Below, piece by piece: positions 13,951 through 27,000 of a stretch of DNA of 64,000 bases. Both the position numbers and the translations under genes were made by a program. The notes below the pieces were generated by a model. That model saw nothing but the letters and a program-made list of their open reading frames with translations. It had not been told where the DNA came from and did not search any database. This DNA comes from the human T2T-CHM13v2.0 reference genome, Homo sapiens. Position 1 is the stretch's first letter, and each line of letters starts with the position of its first letter. The stretch is taken from the NCBI RefSeq assembly GCF_009914755.1, contig NC_060925.1. One strand, 5' to 3'.

Positions 13951-15015
13951 AATGAACTCGAATGGAATCATCATTGAATGGAATCGAATGGAATCATCGA
14001 GTGGAATCGAATGGAATTATGATCAAATGGAATCGAATGTAATCATCATCAAATGGAATCAAAAATAACCATCATCAATTGGTATTGAATGGAATTGTCA
14101 TCAAATGGAATTCAAAGGAATCATCATCAAATGGAACCGAATGGAATCCTCATTGAATGGAAATGAAAGGGGTCATCATCTAATGGAATCGCATGGAATC
14201 ATCATCAAATGGAATCGAATGGAATCATCATCAAATGGAATCTAATGGAATCATTGAACAGAATTGAATGGAATCGTCATCGAATGAATTGAATGCAATC
14301 ATCGAATGGTCTCGAATGGAATCATCTTCTAATGGAAAGGAATGGAATCATCGCATAGAATCGAATGGAATTATCATCGAATGGAATCGAATGGTATCAA
14401 CACCAAACGGAAAAAAACGGAATTATCGAATGGAATCGAAGAGAATCTTCGAACGGACCCGAATGGAATCATCTAATGGAATGGAACGGAATAATCCATG
14501 GACTCGAATGCAATCATCATCGAATGGAATCGAATGGAATCATCGAATGGACTCGAATGGAATAATCATTGAACGGAATCGAATGGAATCATCATCGGAT
14601 GGAAACGAATGGAATCATCATCGAATGGAAATGAAAGGAGTCATCATCTAATGGAATTGCATGGAATCATCATAAAATGGAATCGAATGGAATCAACATC
14701 AAATGGAATCAAATGGAATCATTGAACGGAATTGAATGGAATCGTCATCGAATGAATTGACTGCAATCATCGAATGGTCTCGAATGGAATCATCTTCAAA
14801 TGGAATGGAATGGAATCATCGCATAGAATCGAATGGAATTATCACCGAATGGAATCGAATGGAATCAACATCAAACGGAAAAAAACGGAATTATCGAATG
14901 GAATCGAAGAGAATCATCGAATGGACCCGAATGGAATCATCTAATGGAATGGAATGGAATAATCCATGGACTCGAATGCAATCATCATCGAATGGAATCG
15001 AATGGAATCATCGAA
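12890..15015 (+). repeat. 1063 bp tandem duplication
   Basis: Offsets 13205/14268 and 13673/14736 are 1063 bp. The private variant ggaacggaataat appears at about 13420 and 14483. The junction catcg|aatgaactcg lies near 13950. Confidence 0.85.
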
Positions 15016-18000
15016 TGGACTCGAATGGAATAATCATTGAACGGAATCGAATGGAATCATCATCGGATGGAAATGAATGGAATCATCATCGAATGGAATC
15101 GAATAGAATTATGGAATGAAATCCAGTGTGATCATCATCGAATGGACCCGAATGGAATCATCATCCAACGGAAGCTAATGGAATCAACATCGAATGAATC
15201 GAATGGAAACACCATCGAATTGAAACGAATGGAATTATCATGAAATTGAAATGGATGGACTCATCATCGAATGGATTCGAATGGAATCATCGAATAAAAT
15301 TGATTGAAATCATCATCCAATGGAATCGAATGGTATCATTGAATGGAATCGAATGGAATCATCATCAGATGGAAATGAATGGAATCGTCATAGAATGGAA
15401 TCGAATGGATTCATTGAATGGAATCAGATGGAATCATCGAATGGACTGGAATGGAATCATTGAATGGACTCAAAAGGGATCATGATTGAATGGAATTGAA
15501 TGGAATCATCGAATGGTCTCGATTGGAATCATTATCAAATGGAATCGAATGGAATCACCGAATAGAATCGAATGGAACAATCATCGAATGGACTCAAATG
15601 GAATTATCCTCAAATGGAATGGAATGGAATTATTGAATGCAATCGAATGGAATTATCGAATGCAATCGAATAGAATCATCGAATGGATTCGAATGGAATC
15701 ATCGAATGGAATGGAATGCAACAGTCAATGAACTCGAATGGAATCATCATTGAATGGAATCGAATGGAATCATCGAGTGGAATCGAATGGAATTATGATC
15801 AAATGGAATTGAATGTAATCATCATCAAATGGAATCAAAAATAACCGTCATCAATTGGTATTGAATGGAATTGTCATCAAATGGAATTCCAAGGAATCAT
15901 CATCAAATGGAACCGAATGGAATCCTCATTGAATGGAAATGAAAGGGGTCATCATCTAATGGAATCGCATGGAATCATCATCAAATGGAATCGAATGCAA
16001 TCATCATCAAATGGAATCTAATGGAATCATTGAACAGAATTGAATGGAATCGTCATCGAATGAATTGAATGCAGTCATCGAATGGTCTCGAATGGAATCA
16101 TCTTCTAATGGAAAGGAATGGAATCATCGCATAGAATCGAATGGAATGAACATTGAATGGACTAGAATGGAATCAACATCAAAAGGAATCAAGCGGAATT
16201 ATCGAATGGAATCGAAAAGAATCATCGAATGGACTCGAATGGAATCATCTAATGGAATGGAATGGAATAATCCATGGACTCGAATGAAATCATCATCGAA
16301 TGGAATCGAATGGAATCATCGAATGGACTCGAATGGAATAATCATTGAACGGAATCGAATGGAATCATCATCGGATGGAAACGAATGGAATCATCATCGA
16401 ATGGAAATGAAAGGAGACATAATCTAATGGAATTGCATGGAATCATCATAAAATGGAATCGAATGGAATCAACATCAAATGGAATCAAATGGAATCATTG
16501 AACGGAATTGAATGGAATCGTCATCGAATGAATTGAATGCAATCATCGAATGGTCTCGAATGGAATCATCTTCTAATGGAAAGGAATGGAATCATCGCAT
16601 AGAATCGAATGGAATTAAAATTGAATGAACTCGAATGGAATCAACATCAAACAGAAAAAATCGGTATTATCGAATGGAATCGAAGAGAATCATCGAATGG
16701 ACCCGAATGGAATCAACTAATGGAATGGAATGGAGTAATCCATGGACTCGAATGCAATCATCATCGAATGGAATCGAATGGAATCATCGAATGGACTCGA
16801 ATGGAATAATCATTGAACGGAATCGAATGGAATCATCATCGGATGGAAACGAATGGAATCATCATCGAATGGAAATGAAAGGAGTCATGTAATCGAATTG
16901 CATGGAATCATCATAAAATGGAATCGATTGGAATCAACATCAAATGGAATCCAATGGAATCATTGAACGGAATTGAATGGAATCGTCATCGAATGAATTG
17001 AATGCAATCATCGAATGGTATCGAATGGAATCATCTTCAAATGGAATGGAATGGAATCATCGCATAGAATCGAATGGAATTATCATCGAATGGAATCGAA
17101 TGGAATCAACATCAAACGGAAAAAAACGGAATTATCGAATGGAATCGAAGAGAATCATCGAATGGACCCGAATGGAATCATCTAATGGAATGGAATGGAA
17201 TAATCCATGGACTCGAATGCAATCATCATCGAATGGATTCGAATGGAATCATCGAATGGACTCGAATGGAATAATCATCGAACGGAAACGAATGGAATCA
17301 TCATCGGATGGAAATGAATGGAATCATCATCGAATGGAATCGAATAGAATTATGGAATGAAATCCAGTGTGATCATCATCGAATTGACCCGAAAGGAATC
17401 ATCATCCAACGGAAGCTAATGGAATCAACATCGAATGAATCGAATGGAAACACCATCGAATTGAAACGAATGGAATTATCATGAAATTGAAATGGATGGA
17501 CTCATCATCGAATGGATTCGAATGGAATCATCGAATAAAATTGATTGAAATCATGATCAAATGGAATCGAAAGGTATCATTGAATGGAATCGAATGGAAT
17601 CATCATCAGATGGAAATGAATGGAATCGTCATAGAATGGAATCGAATGGATTCATTGAATGGAATCAGATGGAATCATCGAATGGACTGGAATGGAATCA
17701 GTGAATGGACTCGAAAGGGATCATCATTGAATGGAATTGAATGGAATCATCGAATGGTCTCGATTGGAATCATTATCAAATGGAATCGAATGAAATCACC
17801 GAATAGAATCGAATGGAACAATCATCGAAAGGACTCAAATGGAATTATGTTCAAATGGAATCGAATGGAATTATCGAATGCAATCGAATGGAATTATCGA
17901 ATGCAATCGAATAGAATCATCGAATGGACTCGAATGGAATCATCGAATGGAATGGAAAGGAACAGTCAATGAACTCGAATGGAATCATCATTGAATGGAA

Positions 18001-21000
18001 TCGAATGGAATCATCGAGTGGAATCGAATGGAATTATGATCAAATGGAATCGAATGTAATCATCATCAAATGCAATCAAAAATAACCATCATCAATTGGT
18101 ATTGAATGGATTGGTCATCAAATGGAATTCAAAGGAATCATCATCAAATGGAACCGAATGGAATCCTCATTGAATGGAAATGAAAGGGGTCATCTAATGG
18201 AATCGCATGGAATCATCATCAAATGGAATCGAATGGAATCATCATCAAATGGAATCTAATGGAATCATTGAACAGAATTGAATGGAATCGTCATCGAATG
18301 AATTGAATGCAATCATCGAATTGTCTCGAATGGAATCATCTTCTAATGGAAAGGAATGGAATCATCGCATAGAATCGAATGGAATTAACATTGAATGGAC
18401 TCGAATGGAATCCACATCAAACGGAATCAAGCGGAATTATCGAATGGAATCGAAGAGAATCATCGAATGGACCCGAATGTAATCATCTAATGGAATGGAA
18501 TGGAATAATCCATGGACTCGAATGCAATCATCATCGAATGGAGTCGAATGGAATCATCGAATGGACACGAATGGAATTATCATTGAACGGAATCGAATGG
18601 AATCATCATCGGATGGAAACGAATGGAATCATCATCGAATGGAAATGAAAGGAGTCATGTAATGGAATTGCATGGAATCATCATAAAATGGAATCGAATG
18701 GAATCAACATCAAATGGAATCCAATGGAATCATTGAACGGAATTGAATGGAATCGTCATCGAATGAATTGAATGCAATCATCGAATGGTCTCGAATGGAA
18801 TCATCTTCAAATGAAATGGAATGGAATCATTGCATAGAATCGAATGGAATTATCATCGAATGGAATCGAATGTTATCAACATCAAATGGAAAAAAACGGA
18901 ATTATCGCATGGAATCGAAGAGAATCATCGAATGGACCCGAATGGAATCATCTAATGGAATGGAATGGAATAATCCATGGACTCGAATGCAATCATCATC
19001 GAATGGAATCGAATGGAATCATCGAATGGAGTCGAATGGAATAATCATTGAACGGAATCGAATGCAATCATCATCGGATGGAAATGAATGGAATCATCAT
19101 CGAATGGAATCGAATAGAATTATGGAATAAAATCCAGTGTGATCATCATCGAATGGACCCGAATGGAATCATCATCCAACGGAAGATAATGGAATCAACA
19201 TCGAATGAATCTAACAGAAACACCATCGAATTGAAATGAATGGAATTATCATGAAATTGTAATGGATGGACTCATCATCGAATGCATTCGAATGGAATCA
19301 TCGAATAAAATTGATTGAAATCATCATCAAATGTAATCAAATGGTATCATTGAATGGAATCGAATGAAATCGTCATCAGATGGAAATGAATGGAATCGTC
19401 ATAGAATGGAATCGAATGGATTCATTGAATGGAATCAGATGGAATCATCGAATGGACTGGAATGGAATCATTGAATGGACTCGAAAGGGATCATGATTGA
19501 ATGGAATTGAATGGAAACATCGAATGGTCTCGATTGGAATCATTATCAAATGGAATCGAATGGAATCACCGAATAGAATCGAATGGAACAATCATCGAAT
19601 GGACTCAAATGGAATTATCCTCAAATGGAATCGAATGGAATTATCGAATGCAATCGAATGGAATTATCGAATGCAATCGAATAGAATCATCGAATGGACT
19701 CGAATGGAATCATCGAATGGAATGGAATGGAACAGTCAATGAACTCGAATGGAATCATCATTGAATGGAATCGAATGGAATCATCGAGTGGAATCGAATG
19801 GAATTATGATCAAATGGAATCGAATGTAATCATCATCAAATGGAATCAAAAATAACCATCATCAATTGGTATTGAATGGAATTGTCATCAAATGGAATTC
19901 AAAGGAATCATCATCAAATGGAACCGAATGGAATCCTCATTGAATGGAAATGAAAGGGGTCATCATCTAATGGAATCACATGGAATCATCATCAAATGGA
20001 ATCGAATGGAATCATCATCAAATGGAATCTAATGGAATCATTGAACAGAATTGAATGGAATCGTCATCGAATGAATTGAATACAATCATCGAATGGTCTC
20101 GAATGCAATCATCTTCTAATGGAAAGGAATGGAATCATCGCATAGAATCGAATGGAATTAACATTGAATGGACTCGAATGGAATCAACATCAAACGGAAT
20201 CAAGCGGAATTATCGAATGTAATCGAAGAGAACCATCGAATGGACTCGAATGGAATCATCTAATGGAATGGAATGGAATAATCCACGGACTCGAATGCAA
20301 TCATCATCGTATAGAATCGAATGGAATCATTGAATGGACTCGAATGGTATAATCATTGAACGGAATCGAATGGAATCATCATCGGATGGAAACGAATGGA
20401 ATTATCATCGAATGGAAATGAAAGGAGTCATCATCTAATGGAATCGCATGGAATCATCATAAAATGGAATCGAATGGAATCAACATCAAATGGAATCAAA
20501 TGGAATCATTGAACGGAATTGAATGGAATCGTCATCGAATGAATTGAATGCAATCATCGAATGGTCTCGAATGGAATCATCTTCAAATGGAATGGAATGG
20601 AATCATCGCATAGAATCGAATGGAATTATCATCGAATGGAATCGAAAGGTATCAACATCAAACGGAAAAAAACGGAATTATCGAATGGAATCGAAGAGAA
20701 TCATCGAACGGACCCGAATGGAATCATCTAATGGAAAGGAATGGAATAATCCATGGACTCGAATCCAATCATCATCGAATGGAATCGAATGGAATCATTG
20801 AAAGGACTCTAATGGAATAATCATTGAACGGAATCGAATGGAATCATCATCGAATGGAAACTAATGGAATCATCATCGAATGGAAATGAAAGGAGTCATC
20901 ATCTAATGGAATTGCATGGAATCATCATAAAATGGAATCGAATGGAATCAACATCAAATGGAATGAAATGGAATCATTGAACGGAATTGAATGGAATCTT

Positions 21001-24000
21001 CATCGAATGAATTGAATGCAATCATCGAATGGTCTCGAATGGAATCATCTTCAAATGGAATGGAATGGAATCATCGCATAGAATCGAATGGAATTATCAT
21101 CGAATGGAATCGAATGGAATCAACATCAAACGGAAAAAAACGGAATTATCGAATGGAATCGAAGAGAATCATCGAATGGACCCGAATGGAATCATCTAAT
21201 GGATTGGAATGGAATAATCCATGGACTCGAATGTAATCATCATCAAATGGAATCGAATGGAATCATCGAATGGACGCGAATGGAATAATCATTGAACGGA
21301 ATCGAATGGAATCATCATCGGATGGAAATGAATGGAATCATCATCGAATGGAATCGAATAGAATTATGGAATGAAATCCAGTGTGATCATCATCGAATGG
21401 ACCCGAATGGAATCATCATCCAACGGAAGCTAATGGAATCAACATCGAATGAATCGAATGGAAACACCATCGAATTGAAACGAATGGAATTATCATGAAA
21501 TTGAAATGGATGGACTCATCATCGAATGGATTCGAATGGAATCATCGAATAAAATTGATTGAAATCATCATCAAATGGAATCGAATGGTATCATTGAATG
21601 GAAACGAATGGAATCATCATCAGATGGAAATGAATGGAATCCTCATAGAATGGAATCGAATGGATTCATTGAATGGAATCAGATGGAATCATCGAATGGA
21701 CTGGAATGGAATCATTGAATGGACTCGAAAGGGATCATTATTGAATTGAATTGAATGGAATCATCGAATGGTCTCGATTGGAATCATTATCAAATGGAAT
21801 CGAATGGAATCACCGAATAGAATCGAATGGAACAATCATCGAATAGACTCAAATGGAATTATCCTCCAATGGAATCGAATGGAATTATGGAATGCAATCG
21901 AATGGAATTATCAAATGCAATCGAATAGAATCATCGAATGGACTTGAATGGAATCATCGAATGGAGTGGAATGGAACAGTCAATGAACTCGAATGGAATC
22001 ATCATTGAATGGACTCGAATGGAATCATCGAGTTCAATCGAATGAAATTATGATCAAATGGAATCGAATGTTATCATCATCAAATGGAATCAAAAGTAAC
22101 CATCATCAATTGGTATTGAATGGAATTGTCATCAAATGGAATTCAAAGGAATCATCATCAAATGGAACAGAATGGAATCCTCATTCAATGGAAATGAAAG
22201 GGGTCATCATCTAATGGAATCGCATGGAATCATCATCAAATGGAATCGAATGGAATCATCATCAAATGGAATCTAATGGAATCATGGAACAGAATTGAAT
22301 GGAATCGTCATGGAATGAATTCAATGCAATCATCGAATGGTCTCGAATGGAATCATCTTCTAATGGAAAGGAATGGAATCATCGCATAGAATCGAATGGA
22401 ATTAACATTGAATGGACTCGAATGGAATCAACATCAAACGGAATCAAGCGGAATTATCGAATGGAATCGAAGAGAACCATCGAATGGACTCGAATGGAAT
22501 CATCTAATGGAATGGAATGGAATAATCCACGGACTCGAATGCAATCATCATCGTATAGAATCGAATGGAATCATCGAATGGACTCGAATGGAGTAATCAT
22601 TGAACGGAATCGAATGGAATCATCATCGGATGGAAACGAATGGAATCATCATCGAATGGAAATGAAAGGAGTCATCATCTAATGGAATTGCATGGAATCA
22701 TCATAAAATGGAATCGAATGGAATCAACATCAAATGGAATCAAATGGAATCATTGAACGGAATTGAATGAAATCATCATCGAATGAATTGAATGCAATCA
22801 TCGAATGGTCTCGAATGGAATCATCTTCAAATGGAATGGAATGGAATCATCGCATAGAATCGAATGGAATTATCATCGAATGGAATCGAATGGTATCAAC
22901 ATCAAACGGAAAAAAACGGAATTATCGAATGGAATCGAAGAGAATCATCGAACGGACCCGAATGGAATCATCTAATGGAATGGAATGGAATAATCCATGG
23001 ACTCGAATGCAATCATCATCGAATGGAATCGAATGGAATCATCGAATGGACTCAAATGGAATAATCATTGAAGGGAATCGAATGGAATCATCATCGGATG
23101 GAAATGAATGGAATCATCATTGAATGGAATCGAGTAGAATTATGGAATGAAATCCAGTGTGATCATCATCGAATGGACCCGAATGGAATCATCATCCAAC
23201 GGAAGCTAATGGAATCAACATCGAATGAATCGAATGGAAACACCATCGAATTGAAACGAATGGAATTATCATGAAATTGAAATGGATGCACTCATCATCG
23301 AATGGATTCGAATGGAATCATCGAATAAAATAGATTGAAATCATCATCAAATGGAATCGAATGGTATCATTGAATGGAATCGAATGGAATCATCATCAGA
23401 TGGAAATGAATGGAATCGACATAGAATGGAATCGAATGTATTCATTGAATGGAATCAGATGGAATCATCGAATGGACTGGAATGGAATCATTGAATGGAC
23501 TCGAAAGGGATCATTATTGAATGGAATTGAATGGAATCATCGAATGGTCTCGATTGGAATCATTATCAAATGGAATCGAATGGAATCACCGAATAGAATC
23601 GAATGGAACAGTCATCGAATGGACTCAAATGGAATTATCCTCCAATGGAATCGAATGGAATTATCGAATGCAATCGAATGGAATTATCGAATGCAATCGA
23701 ATAGAATCATCGAATGGACTCGAATGGAATCATCGAATGGAGTGGAATGGAACAGTCAATGAACTCGAATGGAATCATCATTGAATGGACTCGAATGGAA
23801 TCATCGAGTGGAATCGAATGAAATTATGATCAAATGGAATCGAATGTTATCATCATCAAATGGAATCAAAAGTAACCATCATCAATTGCTATTGAATGGA
23901 ATTGTCATCAAATGGAATTCAAAGGAATCATCATCAAATGGAACCGAATGGAATCCTCATTGAATAGAAATGAAAGGGGTCATCATCTAATGGAATCGCA

Positions 24001-27000
24001 TGGAATCATCATCAAATGGAATCGAATGGAATCATCATCAAATGGAATCTAATGGAATCATGGAACAGAATTGAATGGAATCGTCATGGAATGAATTGAA
24101 TGCAATCATCGAATGGTCTCGAATGGAATCATCTTCTAATGGAAAGGAATGGAATCATCGCATAGAATCGAATGGAATTAACATTGAATGGACTCGAATG
24201 CAATCAACATCAAACGGAATCAAGCGGAATTATCGAATGGAATCGAAGAGAACCATCGAATGGACTCGAATGGAATCATCTCATGGAATGGAATGGAATA
24301 ATCCACGGACTCGAATGCAATCATCATCGTATAGAATCGAATGGAATCATCGAATGGACTCGAATGGAATAATCATTGAACGGAAACGAATGGAATCATC
24401 ATCGGATGGAAACGAATGGAATCATCATCGAATGGAAATGAAAGGGGTCATCATCTAATGGAATTGCATGGAATCATCATCAAATGGAATCGAATGGAAT
24501 CAACATCAAATGGAATCAAATGGAATCATTGAACGGAATTGAATGGAATCGTCATCGAATGAATTGAATGCAATCATCGAATGGTCTCGAATGGAATTAT
24601 CTTCAAATGGAATGGAATGGAATCATCGCATAGAATCGAATGGAATTATCATCGAATGGAATCGAATGGAATCAACATCAAACGGAAAAAAACGGAATTA
24701 TCGAATGGAATCGAAGAGAATCATCGAATGGACCCGAATGGAATCATCTAATGGAATGGAATGGAATAATCTATGGACTCGAATGCAATCATCATCGAAT
24801 GGAATCGAATGGAATCATCGAATGGACTCGAATGGAATAATCATTGAACGGAATCGAATGGAATCATCATCGGATGGAAATGAATGGAATCATCATCGAA
24901 TGGAATCGAATAGAATTATGGAATGAAATCCAGTGTGATCATCATCGAATGGACCCGAATGGAATCATCATCCAACGGAAGCTAATGGAATCAACATCGA
25001 ATGAATCGAATGGAAACACCATCGAATTGAAACGAATGGAATTATCATGAAATTGAAATGGATGGACTCATCATCGAATGGATTCGAATGTAATCATCGA
25101 ATGAAATTGATTGAAATCATCATCAAATTGAATCGAATGGTATCATTGAATGGAATCGAATGGAATCATCATCAGATGGAAAAGAATGGAATCGTCATAG
25201 AATGGAATCGAATGGATTCATTGAATGGAATCAGATGGAATCATCGAATGGACTGGAATGGAATCATTGAATGGACTCGAGAGGGATCATTATTGAATGG
25301 AATTGAATGGAATCATGGAATGGTCTCGATTGGAATCATTATCAAATGGAATCGAATGGAATCACGGAATAGAATCGAATGGAACAATCATCGAATGGAC
25401 TCCAATGGAATTATCCTCAAATGGAATCGAATGGAATTATCGAATGCAATCGAATGGAATTATCGAATGCAATCGAATAGAATCATCGAATGGACTCGAA
25501 TGGAATCATCGAATGGAATGGAATGGAACAGTCAATGAACTCGAATGGAATCATCATTGAATGGAATCGAATGGAATCATCGAGTGGAATCGAATGGAAT
25601 TATGATCAAATGGAATCGAATGTAATCATCATCAAATGGAATCAAAAATAACCATCATCAATTGGTATTGAATGGAATTGTCATCAAATGGAATTCAAAG
25701 GAATCATCATCAAATGGAACCGAATGGAATCCTCATTGAATGGAAATGAAAGGGGTCATCATCTAATGGAATCACATGGAATCATCATCAAATGGAATCG
25801 AATGGAATCATCATCAAATGGAATCAAATGGAATCATTGAACGGAATTGAATGGAATCTTCATCGAATGAATTGAATGCAATCATCGAATGGTCTCGAAT
25901 TGAATCATCTTCAAATGGAATGGAATGGAATCATCGCATAGAATCGAATGGAATTATCATCGAATGGAATCGAATGGTATCGACATCAAACGGAATCAAG
26001 CGGAATTATCGAATGTAATCGAAGAGAATCATCGAACGGACCCGAATGGAATCATCCAATGGAATGTAATGGAATAATCCATGCACTCGAATGCAATCAT
26101 CATCGAATGGAATCGAATGGAATCATTGAATGGACTCGAATGGAGTAATCATTGAACGGAATCGAATGGAATCATCATCGGATGGAAACGAATGGAATCA
26201 TCATCGAATGGAAATGAAAGGAGTCATCATCTAATGGAATTGCATGGAATCATCATAAAATGGAATCGAATGGAATCAACATCAAATGGAATCAAATGGA
26301 ATCATTGAACGGAATTGAATGAAATCATCATCGAATGAATTGAATGCAATCATCGAATGGTCTCGAATGGAATCATCTTCAAATGGAACGGAATGGAATC
26401 ATCGCATAGAATCGAATGGAATTATCATCGAATGGAATCGAATGGTATCAACATCAAACGGAAAAAAACGGAATTATCGAATGGAATCGAAGAGAATCAT
26501 CGAATGGACTCGAATGGAATCATCTAATGGAATGGAATGGAATAATCCACGGACTCGAATGCAACCACCATCGTATAGAATCGAATGGAAACATCGAATG
26601 GAATCATCAAATGGACTCGAATGGAATAATCATTGAACGGAATCGAATGGAATCATCATCGGATGGAAACGAATGGAATCATCATCGAATGGAAATGAAA
26701 GGAGTCATCTAATGGAATTACATGGAATCATCATCAAATGGAATCGAATGGAATCAACATCAAATGGAATCAAATGGAATCATTGAACGGAATTGAATGG
26801 AATCGTCATCGAATGAATTGAATGCAATCATCGAATGGTCTCGAATGGAATCATCTTCAAATGGAATGGAATGGAATCATCGCATAGAATCGAATGGAAT
26901 TATCATCGAATGGAATCGAATGGAATCAACATCAAACGGAAAAAAACGGAATTATCGAATGGAATCGAAGAGAATCATCGAAAGGACCCGAATGGAATCA

